10,211 nt of DNA from positions 1-10,211 of the forward strand of contig NW_021827469.1 in assembly GCF_006345805.1 (NCBI RefSeq), in the 5' to 3' direction. Under the pieces are notes generated by a model. The model did no database searches and was not told where the DNA came from. It worked only from the letters and a program-made list of their open reading frames with translations. The stretch is from Octopus sinensis. Its lineage: Eukaryota. The number at the start of each line of letters is the position of its first letter. Positions within the stretch are counted from its first letter, which is position 1. A program made the position numbers and the translations under genes. This document shows positions 6,573 through 10,211 of the stretch, piece by piece.

Positions 6573-9095
6573 AACCTTTTTTTATATTTTATTGTTTTTA
6601 TATTTTTGTTTTTTTTATTATTTATAATTTATTGTTTTTATAAATTATTGTTTTTATTATATTTTATATATATTATATTTTAATCTTTTTTATATTTTAT
6701 TGTTTTAATATTTTTTGTTTTTTTTTATCATTTATAATTTATTGTTTTTATAAATTATTGTTCTTATATTTTATATATATTATATTTTAACCTTTTTTAT
6801 ATTTTATTGTTTTTATATTTTTGTTTTTTTATTATTTATAATTTATTGTTTTATAAATTATTGTTTTTATTCTATTTTTAATATATTATTTATACCTTGT
6901 TATTATTTTATTGTTTAATATTTTTTGTTTTTTTTTTTATCATATTTAATTTAGTTTTTATAAATTATTGTCTTTATATTTTAATATATAGTTATATTAA
7001 CCTTTTTTATTTTATTGTTTTTATATTTTTTGTTTTTTTTATTAGTTATAATTTATTGTTTTTATAAATTATTGTTCTTATTATATTTTATATATGATTA
7101 TATTTTAAACTTTTATATTTTATTGTTTTTAATTTTTTGTTTTTTTTTATCATTTAATTATTATGTTTTTATAAATTTGTTCTTATATTTTATATATATT
7201 ATATTTTAACCTTTTTATATTTTATTGTTTTATATTTTTTGTTTTTTTTTATCATTTATAATTATTGTTTTTATAAATTATTGTTCTTTTATTTTTTTAT
7301 TTTATAGAATATTTATTTTAACCTTTTTTTTTATTTATTGTTTTTATATTTTTTGTTTTTTTTTATCATTTATAATTATTGTTTTTATAAATTATTGTTC
7401 TTATATTTTATATATATTATATTTTAACCTTTTTTATATTTTATTGTTTTTATATTTTTTGTTTTTTTTTATCATTTATAATTTATTGTTTTTATAAATT
7501 ATTGTTCTTATATTTTATATATTATATTTTAACCTTTTTTTATATTTATTGTTTTTATATTTTTGTTTTTTTTTATCATTTTAATTTATTGTTTTTATAA
7601 AATTATTTGGTTCTTATTATATTTTATATATATTATATTTTAACCTTTTTTATATTTATTGTTTTTATATTTTTTGTTTTTTTTATCATTTATAATTTTT
7701 GTTTTTATAAAATTGTTTTTTATATTTTAATTATATATTTTAACCTTTTTATATTTATTGTTTTTTATTTTTTGTTTTTTTTTTATCATTTATAATATTT
7801 TGTGTTTTATAAATTATTGTCTTATTTTTATATATATTATATTTTAACCTTTTTTATATTTTATTGTTTTTATATTTTTGTTTTTTTTTAATTTATAATT
7901 TATTGTTTTATAAATATTGTTCTTATATTTTATATATATTATATTTTAACTTTTTTATATTTTATGGTTTTTATATTTTTGTTTTTTTTTATCATTATAA
8001 TTTATTGTTTTTATAAATTATTGTTCATATTATATTTTATATATTATATTTTAACCTTTTTTATATTTTATTGTTTTTATATTTTTGTTGTTTTTTTATC
8101 ATTTATAATTATGTTTTTATAAATTATTGTTCTTTATTTTATATAATTTATATTTTAACCTTTTTTATATTTTATTGTTTTTATATTTTTTGTTTTTTTT
8201 TATCATTTATAATTTATTGTTTTTATAAATTATTGTTCTTATATTTTATATATATTATATTTTAACCTTTTTTATATTTTATTGTTTTTATATTTTTGTT
8301 TTTTTTATCATTTATAATTTATTGTTTTTATAAATTATTGTTCTTATATTTTATATATATTATATTTTAACCTTTTTTATATTTTATTGTTTTTATATTT
8401 TTTGTTTTTTTTTATCATTTATAATTTATTGTTTTTATAAATTATTGTTCTTATTATATTTTATATATATTATATTTTAACCTTTTTTATATTTTATTGT
8501 TTTTATATTTTTTGTTTTTTTTTATCATTTATAATTTATTGTTTTTATAAATTATTGTTCTTATATTTTATATATATTATATTTTACCTTTTTATATTTT
8601 TTATTGTTTTATTTTTTGTTTGTTTTTTATCATTTATAATTTATTGTTTTTATAATTATTGTTCTTATATTTATATATATTATATTTTAACCTTTTTTAT
8701 ATTTTATTGTTTTTATAATTTTTGTTTTTTTTTATCATTTATAATTTATTGTTTTTATAAATTATTGTTCTTATTATATTTTATATATATTATATTTTAA
8801 CCTTTTTTATATTTTATTGTTTATAATTTTTGTTTTTTTTATCATTTATATTATTGTTTTTTATAAATTATTGTTCTTATTATATTTTATATATATTATA
8901 TTTTAACCTTTTTTATATTTATGTGTTTTTATATTTTTTGTTTTTTTTTATTATTTATAATTTATTGTTTTTATAAATTATTGCTTTTATTGTATTTTAT
9001 ATATATTATATTTTAACCTGTTTTTATATTTTATTGTTTTTATACTTTTTGTTTTTTTATTGTTTATAATTTATTGTTTTTATAAATTATTGTTT
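6573..9095. repeat. AT-rich tandem array (satellite/minisatellite), about 106-bp unit x about 24 copies
   Basis: The AACC anchor recurs 24 times from 6575 to 9017 (mean spacing 106). Consensus is approximately TAAATTATTGTTCTTATATTTTATATATATTATATTTTAACCTTTTTTATATTTTATTGTTTTTATATTTTTGTTTTTTTTATCATTTATAATTTATTGTTTTTA, with about 8 G+C per unit. Confidence 0.97.
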
Positions 9096-9104
9096 CTGTT
9101 TCTA

Positions 9105-9447
9105 TATACAAACACACATACACACACATACTTACATATTCATCAAACGCACATATACCCCCCATACACCACCCACATACACCCACGTGCACGCATACAC
9201 ACATATGCGCATATACACACACACGTGCACAAACGTACATACACACACATACATACGCACAGGAATGCACAGATACCTATCCCACACAATCCCACGCACA
9301 CACATACCTTTAGACACACACTCATTTAAACGTACACACACATACTAAAGCACACGCGCGTATACACAAAATGCATACATAACACGACACACATCCCCAA
9401 GTTCACACACACATATACACACGCATGACCATACCCACAATGCAAAC
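9105..9447. repeat. Degenerate CA-rich low-complexity tract
   Basis: Direct reading. Confidence 0.85.
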
Positions 9448-10211
9448 ACGCACATACACACACGCGCACATATACAACGCCATGCACATACACACATGCA
9501 CACACGACATACACACACACGCACATATACACACGCATGCACATACACACATGCCACAACACGCACATACACACACACGCACATATACACACGCATGCAC
9601 ATACAACACATGCACACACGCAAATACACAACACACGCACATATACACACGCATGCACACGCACACATGCACACACGCACATACACACACCCGCACATAT
9701 ACACACGCACACCATGCACATACACACATGCACACACGCACATACACACACACGCACATTACACACGCATTGACATACACACATGCACACACGCACATAC
9801 ACAACACGCACATATACACACGCATGCACATACACACATGCACACACGCACATACACACCCACACGCACATATACACACGCATGCACATACCACACCATG
9901 CACACAGGGCACATTACACACACACGCACATATACACACGCATGCACATACACACATGCACACACGCACATACACACACACGCACATATACACACGCATG
10001 CACATACACACATGCACACACGCACATACACACACACGCACATATACACACGCATGCACATACACACATGCACACACGCACATACACACACACGCACATA
10101 TACACACGCATGCACATACACACATGCACACACGCACATACACACACGCACATATACACACGCATGCACATACACACATGCACACACGCACATACACACA
10201 CACGCACATAT
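9448..10211. repeat. 56-bp microsatellite-derived minisatellite, about 13.5 copies, continuing beyond the window
   Basis: Unit CGCATGCACATACACACATGCACACACGCACATACACACACACGCACATATACACA. The CGCATG anchor is at 9939, 9995, 10051, 10107 and 10161, with noisier copies upstream to about 9450. Confidence 0.95.

Noticed and set aside
7015-8800. Phe/Ile/Tyr/Leu-rich ORFs that look like membrane or mitochondrial proteins
   Set aside because: Translations of the T-rich 106-bp array; no mitochondrial gene motifs, so not a NUMT.
9326-10209. Long Cys/Val-rich ORFs (268, 187, 146, 134 aa) resembling metallothionein or keratin-associated proteins
   Set aside because: They translate alternating purine-pyrimidine repeats, which cannot contain TAA/TAG/TGA. 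Several overlapping frames are open at once.
10150-10211. Telomeric or subtelomeric end
   Set aside because: No TTAGGG/CCCTAA repeats anywhere in the window.

Overview
Non-coding, repeat-dense animal genomic DNA (intronic or intergenic). No full-length protein gene, rRNA, true tRNA or CRISPR array is supported. Nearly all ORFs in the track are translations of microsatellites or of an AT-rich satellite. The SINE and MITE types and the extreme (CA)/(TACA)/(TA) density look, from my recollection and not a database search, like an octopus or other coleoid cephalopod genome. In order, the window holds: an 860-bp foldback element (308-1167); a full-length tRNA-Arg-like SINE with a target-site duplication (1191-1490); a 222-bp mariner deletion derivative that keeps the transposase C-terminus (1932-2153); two decayed SINEs tail to tail (2579-2965); a SINE split by a 330-bp hAT MITE with an 8-bp TSD (3811-4436); several compound microsatellites; a 394-bp near-perfect palindrome carrying a hammerhead-core-like CTGATGA in one arm only (5994-6387); a 24-copy, ~106-bp, ~92% AT tandem array (6573-9095); and a 56-bp alternating purine-pyrimidine minisatellite that runs off the window end. 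A few short candidate exons are low confidence. The most notable property is how much fold-back (dsRNA or cruciform) potential the window has at several scales.
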